Of a DNA stretch of 64,000 bases, positions 51,320-62,900 are shown piece after piece. The stretch comes from Verrucomicrobia bacterium UBA1319 (lineage in GTDB: Bacteria; Verrucomicrobiota; Verrucomicrobiia; Limisphaerales; UBA1319): positions 165 through 64,164 of the forward strand of contig DBTJ01000170.1 of the NCBI GenBank assembly GCA_002306985.1, read 5' to 3'. Numbering within the stretch: position 1 is the first letter of the stretch; each line of letters opens with the position of its first letter. Below the pieces are notes generated by a model. It saw nothing but the letters and a program-made list of their open reading frames with translations. It did not search any database and was not told the DNA's origin. Both the position numbers and the translations under genes were made by a program.

Positions 51320-54007
51320 TTATTTCTCGCGGTCAGGAATGTAAACCTCGTCTCCATCTTGGAGCCAAAGATCGTTGGGAAACTTGATGGTCTCCAAATT
51401 ATAAGTCCATTCCCGCGTAGCCCCTCCCTGCTTGCGCACAATTTTAACCCGCGTGGGGTCGGAGGTGTTTAGCAGGGCTTTTGTCGAATAGACCACCGAA
51501 TGGAGCCAGAACGAATGGAATGAGCGCCAGTCGGTCCCAATTGACATCGGCCCAAGCGGGACTGGTACATTCGTTGCTTTTCGTAGCAAGTCCGTTTTCC
51601 CCTCATGGACGCGGATGGAGACCTTCCGGTTGAGGTTAGCTAATAGTTCCATCATGGTCTTTGGTAAACTCGGGACAGGGGCTTCTCCAGCGAGAACCGT
51701 TCGTTCGGGAATTTCCACAATATCCCCCCACGCCAGTGGCACATCTTTCCAAGCCACCGCCTCGGTTTGATTTGTCGGGAATGGGCATGAAATCACGGTC
51801 TCCCGCCAGGATTTGAGATCCAATCTCCGAAGGGAAGCTTTTGACCAATCGGGATAGGGCATATCACTGCGATCCAGGTAAAAACTCGCCAGCTCCAGCA
51901 AGGTAAAACTATTCGCCCCCGCCTCATCTTTCCGTAAAATCCTGAACGGTTCCCGACCCGCATATTTCACCGAGAGGTGCTGTGCGCGGCTGAATTCGGC
52001 TTGCGCGCCGTGAGCGCTCAGGATTTTGGCTATTTCCTCGCAGTCCGTGACGCTCCCTAAGGTTGCTCGCCCCGACCCCGGTAAGCGAGGAGCATCCATT
52101 TGGATTCGCAGATCGGAAGATGCCAGCGCTGTGGGTTTGTTCTCGGAATCGATCACTTTACTTTCGCGGGTTTTTTCCAGAGCTATATCCAAAGGCGTGC
52201 GTTGCCATGAATCCAAAACATTGGGATTCGCTTTTTCCGCTAGCAAAGCCACGCAATTCGTCGAACCCGCCAGCACGGCGGCATGCAAAGGCGTGGTCCC
52301 ATCGCCCTGCGGGTGGTTAACGTCAGCGCCATGTTTAATCAAAAAGGCGGCCATTTCTCGATTACCATGCTCAACAGCCGAGGTCAGTGGCGTAGGCTGG
52401 TTTCCAGTATTGACAGCGCCATTCACCGGAGCGCCCGCGCGCAGTAATTCTTCGGCGATATCCAGAAGGTTTCTATCCACCGCCTGGATTAGCGGTGGAA
52501 AATCGGGAATCGCAATTTGCGCTTTATATTGGAGAAGCAGTCTCACCAAGTCCAATCGGCCACGCGTTACCGCCGCATTCAAAGGATAACTATCACAACT
52601 AAGTTGTTGGCTCTGAAGTTGAGATCCATCGGGAATAGCCCCAGGTATAACTGGCTGGTTCTTAAGTTGAAGTTGAGATCCATCGGGATTAGCCCCGGAT
52701 TGAAGCAGCAACTCCACACACTTGAAGGACCCGCTGCCGCGAATCGCGGCCAATAATGGTGTCGCCCAACCTCTCGGCGCAGCGATTGGTTTGATGACAT
52801 TCGGCTCCGCATGGTACTTTAGCAGGATGGAGACGGCTTCGACGTTATCCATCCCAGCGGCGAGTTGCAGTGGTGTTTGAAAATTTCCATCCCAAACATT
52901 TAGATCGGCTTTTTTCTCGCCTAGCCATTCCAATAACGCTAGCCGGTTGAATTGCACCGCATAATGCGCCGAAGTGAATCCTTGTTCCGCAACCACGCGT
53001 CCATTACGGAAGCATGGCGCGTTTAAATTCGCTCCTTTGTCAACGAGCAGTATCGCCATACTTTTGTGACCGCTTTTCACGGCTAAATGAAGCGGCGTCA
53101 TCCCATCGATATTTTTCTGAAAATTAACGTCCGCCTTGGCGTTTAAAAGAGCTTCGGCAATGGGTTGATACCCTTTTTCTGCCGCGAGGCACAATGGATT
53201 ACTCCGTCCTTTGTCGGGATCCGCGCCAAAGGAAAGCAAAAGTTCAACCATTTCCAGACTGTTAGCCAGCACCGCGGCAGACAAAGCCGTATACGTTTCA
53301 CCGGACCTTGAAAAATTAACCATCATCACGTTGGGATTAGCTTTGTTTTCCAACAAAAACCGGACCACTTTCAACTGTTTGCCCTCGGCAGCTTTAACCA
53401 GGGGAATCGCGCTTCCAGACGTTCCATTAATCAAATCCGGACTGTCTTTGAAGATTTTGGACAGCCGCTCGATTTCCTGGCTTTCATTAGCCTTTTTCTC
53501 GTCGGACTGAGTCTTAAGCGGGGTTGGGTCAACATTGGATTTATCTGGCGATGCGGGATTCGATATCCCTGCCAGCCCCTCACTTACCCCTAGTCCCGCG
53601 AGGTTTTGCTGGCTGAGTTTAGCGATGGGGAGTTGATCGGAGAAATCACGCAGGACGCGCTGGTACTGAGCCACCGCCTCATTGGTCATACCTTTTTTGC
53701 GGTAGCATTCCCCGAGCCGAAAAACGGCGGTGGCGGCCAGCTTGCGTTGTTCATCCGCTTGGGCGATTACTTGCTGGTAGCTCTGGATGGCGACATCCAG
53801 GTTTTGATTCGCCTCCTCTTCAAAGAGTCCTTTCTGCAACCAGCTCACCGCCGTCTCGGCCGCGGAGACGGGCAGATTGAGCAACGCGAGCAACAAGGCG
53901 AGGCGAATCGCGCGTTGGACCGTCCGATAAAGGATGGCGTGAATGGCAGGCTGACCCGCGGGCGGGTTGGCCGCGATTTCATTCGAAATATTAAATTCTA
54001 TATTCAT
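51320..54007 (-). CDS. Signal-anchored TPR + multi-ankyrin-repeat protein with two C-terminal beta-grasp/SLBB-like modules
   Basis: N-terminal hydrophobic segment AIRLALLLALLNLPVSA. TPR: AIQSYQQVIAQ...FRLGECYRKKGMTNEAVAQYQRVL. At least 10 ankyrin units (e.g. GMTPLHLAVKSGHKSMAILLVDKGANLNA; GTTPLHAAVLAGSTNCVALLAEKANPNV). C-terminal WGDIVEIPER and LQDGDEVYIPDREK resemble SLBB/soluble-ligand-binding beta-grasp ends. Confidence 0.78.
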   Translation of the reverse strand: MNIEFNISNEIAANPPAGQPAIHAILYRTVQRAIRLALLLALLNLPVSAAETAVSWLQKGLFEEEANQNLDVAIQSYQQVIAQADEQRKLAATAVFRLGECYRKKGMTNEAVAQYQRVLRDFSDQLPIAKLSQQNLAGLGVSEGLAGISNPASPDKSNVDPTPLKTQSDEKKANESQEIERLSKIFKDSPDLINGTSGSAIPLVKAAEGKQLKVVRFLLENKANPNVMMVNFSRSGETYTALSAAVLANSLEMVELLLSFGADPDKGRSNPLCLAAEKGYQPIAEALLNAKADVNFQKNIDGMTPLHLAVKSGHKSMAILLVDKGANLNAPCFRNGRVVAEQGFTSAHYAVQFNRLALLEWLGEKKADLNVWDGNFQTPLQLAAGMDNVEAVSILLKYHAEPNVIKPIAAPRGWATPLLAAIRGSGSFKCVELLLQSGANPDGSQLQLKNQPVIPGAIPDGSQLQSQQLSCDSYPLNAAVTRGRLDLVRLLLQYKAQIAIPDFPPLIQAVDRNLLDIAEELLRAGAPVNGAVNTGNQPTPLTSAVEHGNREMAAFLIKHGADVNHPQGDGTTPLHAAVLAGSTNCVALLAEKANPNVLDSWQRTPLDIALEKTRESKVIDSENKPTALASSDLRIQMDAPRLPGSGRATLGSVTDCEEIAKILSAHGAQAEFSRAQHLSVKYAGREPFRILRKDEAGANSFTLLELASFYLDRSDMPYPDWSKASLRRLDLKSWRETVISCPFPTNQTEAVAWKDVPLAWGDIVEIPERTVLAGEAPVPSLPKTMMELLANLNRKVSIRVHEGKTDLLRKATNVPVPLGPMSIGTDWRSFHSFWLHSVVYSTKALLNTSDPTRVKIVRKQGGATREWTYNLETIKFPNDLWLQDGDEVYIPDREK

Positions 54008-54031
54008 ATCGTCGCGATCATAAATATTCGC

Positions 54032-54730
54032 TCAAGCCGGTTTGTCATGGATTTGCAAAAACCGGTAACCCGCGCCGTGAACCGTCTCGATCCAACGCGG
54101 ACGCTCCGGGTCGGGCTCCAACTTGGCGCGCAAACTGGCAATGTGATTGTCCACCGTGCGGGTGGAGGGAAACGCGCCGTAGCCCCATACAACATCGAGA
54201 AAGCGCTCGCGGGAAAACACCTCGCCCGGAGCTTCCGCCATGAGCCGCAACATGGCGAATTCTTTGGTGGTGAAATGCAGTTCCTGGCCGCCGCGCCACG
54301 CCTTTTGCCGGATGAAATCGACCCTTACTTCGCCCATCCGCAATTCCGTGAGAACCTTCTCCTGGCGCTCCACGCGCCGCAGTAAGGCCCGCACGCGCGC
54401 CAGCAACTCCTCGGTGCTAAAGGGTTTGATCAGGTAATCGTCCGCGCCGGAATCCAATCCGGTGACACGGTCCTCGACTTGGCCTTTGGCTGTGAGCATT
54501 AAGATCGGCGCGACAAACCGGACCCGTCGCAAAGCGCCGCAGACGGCAAACCCATCCAAGCGCGGCATCATAATGTCAAGTAACACCAAATCGGGTTTCT
54601 CTTTGAGCGCGCGTTCCAGGCCGGTTTCACCATTGGCTTCCGCCATGACGCGATGCCCCTCGGCCTCCAAGCAATCTTGCAACGCCAGGCGCATGGGCCG
54701 CTCATCTTCAATAATCAAGACGCGTGACAT
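54032..54730 (-). CDS. OmpR/PhoB-family response regulator
   Basis: Receiver: VLIIEDERPMR...DLVLLDIMMPRLDG...LTAKG. Winged helix: LTTKEFAMLRLMA...TVDNHIASLRAKLE...IETVHGAGYRF. Confidence 0.92.
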   Translation of the reverse strand: MSRVLIIEDERPMRLALQDCLEAEGHRVMAEANGETGLERALKEKPDLVLLDIMMPRLDGFAVCGALRRVRFVAPILMLTAKGQVEDRVTGLDSGADDYLIKPFSTEELLARVRALLRRVERQEKVLTELRMGEVRVDFIRQKAWRGGQELHFTTKEFAMLRLMAEAPGEVFSRERFLDVVWGYGAFPSTRTVDNHIASLRAKLEPDPERPRWIETVHGAGYRFLQIHDKPA

Positions 54731-54739
54731 AATCGTGTT

Positions 54740-56797
54740 CTATTTTAATAAACCCGGATCGGAATTTCCCGCCGCCGAGCCATCCCTGGAGAATGGCAAT
54801 TCCAAAGTAAACCGACTCCCCCGCCCCACGGCGCTACGCACCCGCACCCGGCCGTGATGCGCCTCGGCAATGTGCTTAACCAAAGTCAGCCCGATGCCAA
54901 TGCCCGCCGATTCACGGCGCAACTCCGAGCCGCGCCGGTAAAACTGCTCGAAGATGCGCTCGTGCTCCTCGGATGGGATGCCCGCCCCATGGTCCTCGAC
55001 CCACAAGCAAAACGCTTCCGGGCTGGCCTCCAGCCCAATGGCCACCTCGCTGCCCGCCGGGGAATGTTTCACCGCATTGTCGATCAAATTCACCAGCGCT
55101 TGCTGGAGGGCGCGCGCATCGCACGCGAGCGAGTACGTGGCGGGTTGGGATGGTATGCGCACAGCCAACTGGACTTGCCGCTCGGCGGCATAGGGTGCCA
55201 GCACCTGGACGGTTTGCCGGACCAAGTCCTCCAGCGCCACCGGCTCCGGGTTGAATTCCTTGCGGCCTTGCTCGAGCCGGGCGAAATCGAGCACATTTTC
55301 AATCAATCCAGACAATCTGCGGCATTCCTGCACCATATAACGGAAATATTCCTGGCGTTTTTCGGGCTGGGCGATTTTGCCGCGCTCCAAACTTTCGGCC
55401 ATCAACCGCACGGAGGCCAGAGGCGCGCGCAACTCATGGGTCACGCTCGAAACGAAATTGGTCTTCATCTCCAACAGCCGCTGTTGCCGCCGAAAGGCGC
55501 GGCGCGTGGCCGCCAACCCGATTAGCGCGCCCGCCGCCGCCACGACGATCAACACCCCGAACCACCACGCCCGCGCCCGCTGATGGCCGTAAAGCCGTCC
55601 GGGATTCGCCAGCCACAAGGCCACTTTCAACGGGCCCGCCGGGCCGGGCGCATGGGCCGATCCCAGCACTGGCACCCGGTTGGTTACATTCAAGCTAGGG
55701 AGCGTGGAAAACATATTCGTGCCCGCCAATTCGACCGTCAACGCGACGTAATCAGGCATCGATTTAGCCTGGCGTACGGCTTGTTCCAACCGGTGGCGAG
55801 CCATGTCCTGGGGCTGCCAGATCACCCAGCCTTCCTTCGTTAAAACCGTGCCTAGCCAAGTAGCCTCGGCCTCGGTCCAAAACCAGACCGGCGCCACGGA
55901 CTCCGTCGTGCCCGCCCCGGCAACCAAGGCATGCAAACGCGCCTCCTCCTGATGGAACAAAGCTCGGGTGATTTCATGGTTTTGCCAAAGCGCCAGCCAG
56001 GCGGGGGCATTCCCCTCCGAAGGCCACTTTTCGGCCGAGAGCGCCAAGAACTGGGCGGAAATGGGCGATGGATTGGTGATCCAATTCACACACAGCGCAC
56101 GCAGACTTAATGGGGGCGCGTTCGTTGATCCCTCCCAAGCCGCTCCGTCCGTCCTGGACTTGAATATTTGCCAGCGGCGCCAATTCGCCAGCGACTGCAT
56201 TGGCACACCGCTTTCGGCTAAAGCCCGGGGAAATTGCTCGGCAACAAAACGGAACTGTTCCTCCGCCTCGGACCGACCTTGACGTTCCAAGGTCAAGGCG
56301 TAGTGATAGTGCGCCACCGCTAGAAACGGCGCGGGCGGCCCCGCAGCGAGGAAACGGCTCCACCCCTCGGGCGAACCCGCCTCGACATCGGCTTTAGCAG
56401 CCGGCGCGCGCGCCGCCTCCCAGAGTCGCCGCTGCCCTTCGGTGAGGGTATTCGGGTCCAATGCCAGCGGAGTTGGCGCGAGTGCATACGGCGGTGGATA
56501 GGATAACTGGCCTTGCGCGTCGAAAAAGGCGGGATAAAAGTTCGCCGGCTGGGCGGCGGAATCCAAATCGAATCCAGGCCGTAGCGGGGCGATAGCGAAC
56601 GAAACCAGCGCGGCCTGGCATTGCCGAGCCAGATCATCGGCCAATGCCAGACAACGTTCCCGAGCTTCATTCTCCGCCAAGTCGCGATCTTGCTGGATAA
56701 ATCTCACACCCAAGACCGCCAAAATCACCACCGGCAGGATGAGCAGGAATCCCTGCCAAATCCATCCGGAAGATAGGTGCCGTCCGATGTTTCCCAT
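54740..56797 (-). CDS. Sensor histidine kinase with a large (~380 aa) periplasmic sensing region
   Basis: Two TM segments (WIWQGFLLILPVVILAVLGV; WWFGVLIVVAAAGALIGLAA). H-box FVSSVTHELRAPLASV, N-box LVNLIDNAVKHSP, G-boxes VEDHGAGIP and GIGIGLTLV. Confidence 0.92.
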   Translation of the reverse strand: MGNIGRHLSSGWIWQGFLLILPVVILAVLGVRFIQQDRDLAENEARERCLALADDLARQCQAALVSFAIAPLRPGFDLDSAAQPANFYPAFFDAQGQLSYPPPYALAPTPLALDPNTLTEGQRRLWEAARAPAAKADVEAGSPEGWSRFLAAGPPAPFLAVAHYHYALTLERQGRSEAEEQFRFVAEQFPRALAESGVPMQSLANWRRWQIFKSRTDGAAWEGSTNAPPLSLRALCVNWITNPSPISAQFLALSAEKWPSEGNAPAWLALWQNHEITRALFHQEEARLHALVAGAGTTESVAPVWFWTEAEATWLGTVLTKEGWVIWQPQDMARHRLEQAVRQAKSMPDYVALTVELAGTNMFSTLPSLNVTNRVPVLGSAHAPGPAGPLKVALWLANPGRLYGHQRARAWWFGVLIVVAAAGALIGLAATRRAFRRQQRLLEMKTNFVSSVTHELRAPLASVRLMAESLERGKIAQPEKRQEYFRYMVQECRRLSGLIENVLDFARLEQGRKEFNPEPVALEDLVRQTVQVLAPYAAERQVQLAVRIPSQPATYSLACDARALQQALVNLIDNAVKHSPAGSEVAIGLEASPEAFCLWVEDHGAGIPSEEHERIFEQFYRRGSELRRESAGIGIGLTLVKHIAEAHHGRVRVRSAVGRGSRFTLELPFSRDGSAAGNSDPGLLK

Positions 56798-56885
56798 GCG
56801 TCATCTTTTTAGCCTATGAAGAGTCAGACTCCCAGTCGATTTGTCACGAAAACGTAAAATCCTCCGGAACGGAACGGCCAAATAG

Positions 56886-56924
56886 AAACCGCCCTGGAAG
56901 GTGTTTATTCTCCCAGGGCGGTTT
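56886..56924 (-). terminator. Intrinsic terminator of the giant adhesin gene: AAACCGCCCTGG-N15-CCAGGGCGGTTT
   Basis: A 12-bp perfect stem begins 14 nt after the stop. The minus strand continues CTATTTGG, so T-rich sequence (GGTTTCTATTT) spans the stem end. The plus strand continues TGTG, giving TTTTGTG together with the stem's terminal TTT, so it could work in both directions. Confidence 0.65.
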
Positions 56925-56937
56925 TGTGAAACGCGGA

Positions 56938-59900
56938 TCAAGGCGTTGAAACTCGGTAAAAACGTTGCTCCCATTTGCCCGGCTCGGAATCCGCCACCCA
57001 AATCGGCGGGTTCACTAGCAGATTGGTGGAGATGGGTTGCCATTGTTCCAAATCGCTCGAGGCTTCTAAAATGGCAAGATGCCCCGCCGCCCCGTTGATT
57101 TGAATCAGCGTGTTGGTCTCCGTTCGAATGAGCTGCAACTTAGCCCCGGCAATTTCCAGCGGCACGTATAGGTCGCTGATGAAAGCGGCGTCCAAGCCCA
57201 TGGAGAAACTCGCGTCCTTCACATAACGCCAGGTGAAAACATTCGTCCCCGCATTCACGGCGAACTGATATGTTTGCCAGGGCGCTTCCCCCGACCAGCT
57301 CTGTTGCGCGACTCCGTTGACATAGAATTTGAGAAAATCCCAACCTGCTTCGGAACTTACCCGCACATGGAAGGAAGCCACCCCAGCCCGGGTTTGGACG
57401 CGCAACTGAGCCACGCTTTCCACCCCGTCGCCAATAGCGCCCGAACGCAGCGCATAGGGCTCGGCCGCGCTGGCGTCATCTTGCTGAATTTTCCATGGCA
57501 ACGCCCCGGCGGCGCTCCAGGGCGCGTTGGTGGCGGCGGCCGAAGTAAAGGGCGGCGCGAAGTCGTAGGTTAAAATGGACGGTTCGAACAAAGCCGTCAG
57601 GGAATAATCTTGGTTGATCGACAAAACGAGCGGATTGGCGGTTGAATTGGTGGCGCCTTGCCAACCTGTGAAGCGGTAATCGGCCAGCGGCACCGCGATG
57701 AACTGTTTCACCGTCCCCGCCGCGTACCGGCCGGAGGCGGGACTGACCACCCCCGCCAATGAAGTTGCCGAACTCACCGTGTAGAATGGCCCCTGGTTGA
57801 CATTGTGGATCGTCAGCGTGCCGGTGACCGCCCCCAGGGCGGTGCCACCCTGCGCGTTGGTTAATTTCAATACCACCGTCTTGTCGTCCCCAGAATCGCC
57901 GATGTCGATGAGCGGAACCGTGAAACTGAGATTCGTCACGCCCGCCTTGAACACCAAAGTGCCGCTCACGGCTGTGTAATCCGCGCCGTGGCTGGCCGTG
58001 CCATCCTGCGTCGAGTAGTCGACGCTGGCGGCGTTGGCGCCCGAGCCGGTACGGGTGACCGAGATCGTGGCGACGCCATCATTGGAATCGGCCGTGTAAT
58101 CCGTCGCGGCAAACGAAAACGCCCCGAGTAAGCTTTCGATGGTAAGCGTGGCGGAAAGCACCCCATCCATCTTAAAGCCGGAGGGAATATTGGTGAGCTG
58201 CAACCCAACCGAGAGATCCCCTTGCGCCAGGCCGCTGTTGAGAATGGGGACGGTGAAAGTTTTCCAAGTTTCGCCGGCGGCAAAATCCAGGGTTCCCTGG
58301 GTGGCGGTGTAGTGGACTCCGGCCTTGGCCGTGCCGTCGACCGTCAGGTAACCCACGCTCACAACCGTATTCGTATGGCCGGAGCGTTTCACGGAGATGG
58401 TGGCCTGGCCGCCATTAGCCAACACTTGGTAATTGGCGGAAGTGAATTGGATTTTATTCGGGACATACACCTCGTCGCTATGAACACGAGCGATGCGATT
58501 GCGCGCCAGGCCGCGCACGGTGGTGAAATCACCGCCGATAATCACCGCCGAGTCCGGTTGAACCACCAGGCAGCGCACCAAGTCGTTCGCTCCGCCGCCA
58601 ATGCTGAAGTCCTCATCCAGGGAGCCATCGGCGTGTAAGCGCCCGAACCGATTCATCACTTGGCCATCGAAACTGGTGAAAGCGCCACCTAGAAACACCT
58701 TGCCATCGGCCTGAAAGCCCACCGCATAGACCGCGTCATTAGCGCCTGTTCCAGGATTGAACGCGCGGTCCAACGTGCCATCGGCGTTGAGCCGAGCGAT
58801 GCCGTTGCGCGCGCCCCCCGCGATCGCATGGAAATCGCCACCGATAAGGATGCGGCCATCGGGCTGCACCGCCAACGCGCGCACCGCGCCATCCGGGCTT
58901 CCGCCCGGGAATCCCGAGATGACCGTTCCATTCGCCGCCAACCGGGCCAAATACGGCAGACTCGATCCGTTCATTTTAGCGAATGCGCCCCCCGCCAATA
59001 CGGAGCCATCGGCCAAGGGCGCCACCGCGTAAACGGCGCCTCCGCTAGCGCCGGCGCCGGGATTGAAAGCGGCATCCAGCGAGCCATCGGCGCGCAACCG
59101 GGCGAGCCCATTGCGGCTAGCCCCGCCCACGGTCGCGAATTCGCCCCCAATCCAAATGGCGCCGTTCGCCTGCAGCGCCACCGCCCGAACCGCGCCGTTG
59201 ATGCTGGTTCCGATAAAGGAAGCGTCATTGGTGCCATCGGCGTTGAGCCGAGCCACCCGCATGCGGCTGGCATCGTTCAGTTGCGTGAAATCCCCCGCAA
59301 TCACGACCCGGCCGTTGGTCTGCACCGTCGTCGCATACACGGATTGATCGGTGCCGCCGCCCGGATTGAGAAAACTGTCCAAATAGCCATCCGTATGGAG
59401 CCGGGCGACATGGTTCAAGATCACCTCGTCCAGGCGGGAGAATTCGCCCCCCACAATCACCTTGCCATCGGACTGCAAGGCTAGTGTGGCTACGGTGTCG
59501 TTGGCGCCTTGGCCGGGATTAAATTGAGCATCGACGTAACCCGGAGTTTCATCGTCCAAGATCGTCACGAGCAGGTTGGTGAGCGAACCCAAGCTGATGG
59601 CGCTCGCCGGCGTCGCCGTTTGAGCGCGCGGATTGCTTAGCCGCACGGAAAACTGCCGATCCCCATCGCCCAAAACATTATCGATGATGGAAACCTTAAT
59701 CGTTTTCTCGGTTTCCCCAGCATGAAACTCCAGGACGCCGCTGCCATTGGTGCTGTATTCACTAGAATCCCCCAACAGGCTGGCGGTGCCGGATACGGGC
59801 GCAAAATCCCGGTTGGGCAACGCGGTGCCCGCCTGGGTGGCGTAATCGACGCTCACCGGCCATAAAGTGCTGCCGGACCGATGAATCGTTAGCGTAACAC

Positions 59901-62900
59901 TGCGAGCGTACTCCTCAATCGCGCTGGCGGCGGTGGTGAATTCCAAGTGGCAAGCGTCATCCACAATGACCAATGCGGCGGTGCCGGGGGTGCCCAGCGC
60001 GGCTTTACCCGTAGTATTAGTCAAAACTAATAGCGCGGTCTTATCACCCTCGGCTAACGGATTACCCAATATCGGAACCAAGAAGCTTGCCTCGGTCTGC
60101 CCGGCGGCAAAGTTGATCGTGCCATTGGTAGCCGTAAAATCCACGCCCGCTTGAGCGGAGTTGGTGGTTTCATTCAAGTTTTTAACCAGATAATCCACCG
60201 TAACCGCGTTGGTGAGGAAACCCTCGCGCCGCACCTTAACGGCCATACTGCCCGCGGCTTTGACCGCCCGGTAAGTGCTTTGCACGAATTGCACGCTGCT
60301 GCGATCGTCCATGATCGTGAGCAACGCTTGATCCTGTCCGCCCAACGGCGCGCCGTCCGAAGCCTGGCGCAAGGCCAGATTCACCGTTCTGGCAGCTCGC
60401 GCCCGGCCGTCGTCCAGCAACGTCACGGGCAGGTATTTGAGCGTTTCCCCGGCGTAAAAAGTGAGGGTGCCATTGGTGGCCAAGAAATCCACGCCATTGG
60501 TGGCCGTGCCCGCCGTGGCAAAGAATGCCACCGACACCACCACCGAAGTATCCCCGGTGCGGTGGACGGGAATTTGCGCGAGGCCCGTAACGGGCGCGAG
60601 GTAATACCGAGATTGGACGAATTCGACCGCGCCATCGTTACCCACGATATTCAAGGTGGCGGAAGCCGGATCGCCCAGCGCGGCTCGGGGGGCTTCCAAG
60701 AGCGTCAACGTCACATCGGCCATGAACTCCTGCACCGAATCGTCAATGGGGACAACGGGGATGGCTAACGAACTCGCGCCATCGGGAATTACGGCGGGGC
60801 TTTGAATCGCCTGGTAATGGCGGCCATTAACCGCGCGGCCGGACAGCGCGAAGTACACTTGTTGCGCCCCATTGGTGCCGGTCCGACGCAAGGTAAAGAC
60901 GCCCGCCTTGGCCCCGGCCTCGGTGGCCGCGGGATCGGTCGCCTCGACGGTCACCACGGAGGCGTTATCATCGACAATCGTGAGGGTGTGCGTTCGATAT
61001 ACTTCGAACACCGCGTTCATGGGGACCGCGGTGACCACCACATTGGTGGTGTAATTGGTAATGGAAGCCGACGCGTTATTGGGATCGGTTTGAACGTCGA
61101 TCACGACTTCATTGGTGACGTTAGGGGCGGGCTCAACCAATTCGATCACCAGACTTCGATCCGCCCTGGCTTGGTGATTATTTAGCAACGGGAGGCTGAT
61201 ATATTGCACCCGGCTTAAGTACATATCCGCTTCACCGGAGGCGGGATTATTGGTAAAAATCAATCGTCCGGTGGCGTTCGTGGCGGGATAATCCACCCCC
61301 GCGATCGCGGTGCCGCCCGTGATTTTATAGTCCACCGTCACATCGTTGCCTTCGGCGGGATTTGCCGAAACCATCACCGCCACTTGAGCGGAACCGACCG
61401 ACACCGGCACGCTCGAAGTTAGCTGGGTGAAGCCCACGCCCACCTGACCCGAGCCGCTGCCCGTGATGGTGATGGTCGCTTCATAGGGCGATCCCAGATT
61501 GTAGGCCGTTCCCGGCAGCAGCAACAAAGTGACCGATTCATCGGGACTCTCCGAAATATCGTCGGTCAAAGCCGTAAGCGTGATCGTGGCTTGACTCGCG
61601 CCCGCTGGAATTTTAACGCGATTGCCCAGGCCGGCGTAATCGATGAGCTGACGGGCCGTGCCGCCCGCCTGAAAATTCACCCATAAATCTCCGCGCGCCC
61701 CTCCCGCGCGCTGAACGACAAAGTCGGCGGCGCCACCCGCCTCCGTTACCGTCGGCGAGCTGGCCGTAATGCTGACCACCGGCAAATCGCTATCCTGAAT
61801 CGTAAGCGTGGCGCTGTCCGGACTGCCAATGTTATACGTCGGGCTATCCGAAATGAAGGCCACCACGGTGAGATCCCCTTGCGCTTGGCTGTTGTATCTC
61901 GGCGTGACCTCAATCGTGCCCGTGGCTTCCCCCGCCGCCAGGGTCAAAGCCCCCGGCAAGGCGCGGTAATCCTGACCGCTGACGGCGGTGCCGGTAACCA
62001 AATAATGAACCGTAAGATCCGCCGACAAGTCGCCCCCGCGAGTCACGGTAAAAACTCCGGCTTGGCCGCCACTTTCCGTCACCGTGTCTTGGGTGGCCGC
62101 AATCGTAACGAGCGGCAAATCGCTTTCCACAATCGTCACGCTGGCGGAGCCACTACCCACATTGTACGCGGTGTTCGTCAAGATCGTCGCTTGCACCGTT
62201 TCGTTTTGCTCCAGGTATTTGTCCGGCAACACTACCACGGGCAACTTGATAAAAGTCTCGCCCGCGGGAATGGTGAGGTAATCCGGCAGCGCCACATAAT
62301 CGGCGGCGGCGGTGGCGGTCCCCCCCCATTGCAAGGCCACCGTCACCGGCAAATCCAGCCGACCGTACCGGGTCAAGATGAACTGCCCGGCATCGTTCGC
62401 GCGCTCCACCACCAAGGGATCGCTTGCCACAATCGAAACGGTAGGCAACGTTGGCGGTTGACCCCGCAATTGCAGTTTCGCTTCGGCCACGGAACCGGGG
62501 ATATAATCGGGGGTGGTTTGAAACCAGGTCGACACATTATTATTGGTTTGTATCTCCCAGCCGGTGAAATTGACCCAAGTAATGTTCGTGGGAACCGTGG
62601 GGTCGTAAATGCGCGGCGATTGCAATGGATGCATGAGTGACAACGCCACGTAAGTATCTTCTCCCGGCGTCGTGCTCGCCACCGGGGTGATCGTAATGTT
62701 GGTGGTCACCGCGCCCGTGGCAAAATCGACGTATTGAAATTGATAAATGCTGGTGATCGCGCCGAACGGATCGGAATTGACGTTCGTCAACGAAATTTGG
62801 TTTTTATACGGCGCGTACTCCTTGGTCATAGCCGTGCCACCCAACAAGAAAATGGCGCGCAAGGAGGTGTTTGTATCTCCCGTCCGGGCCAAGCTGAACG

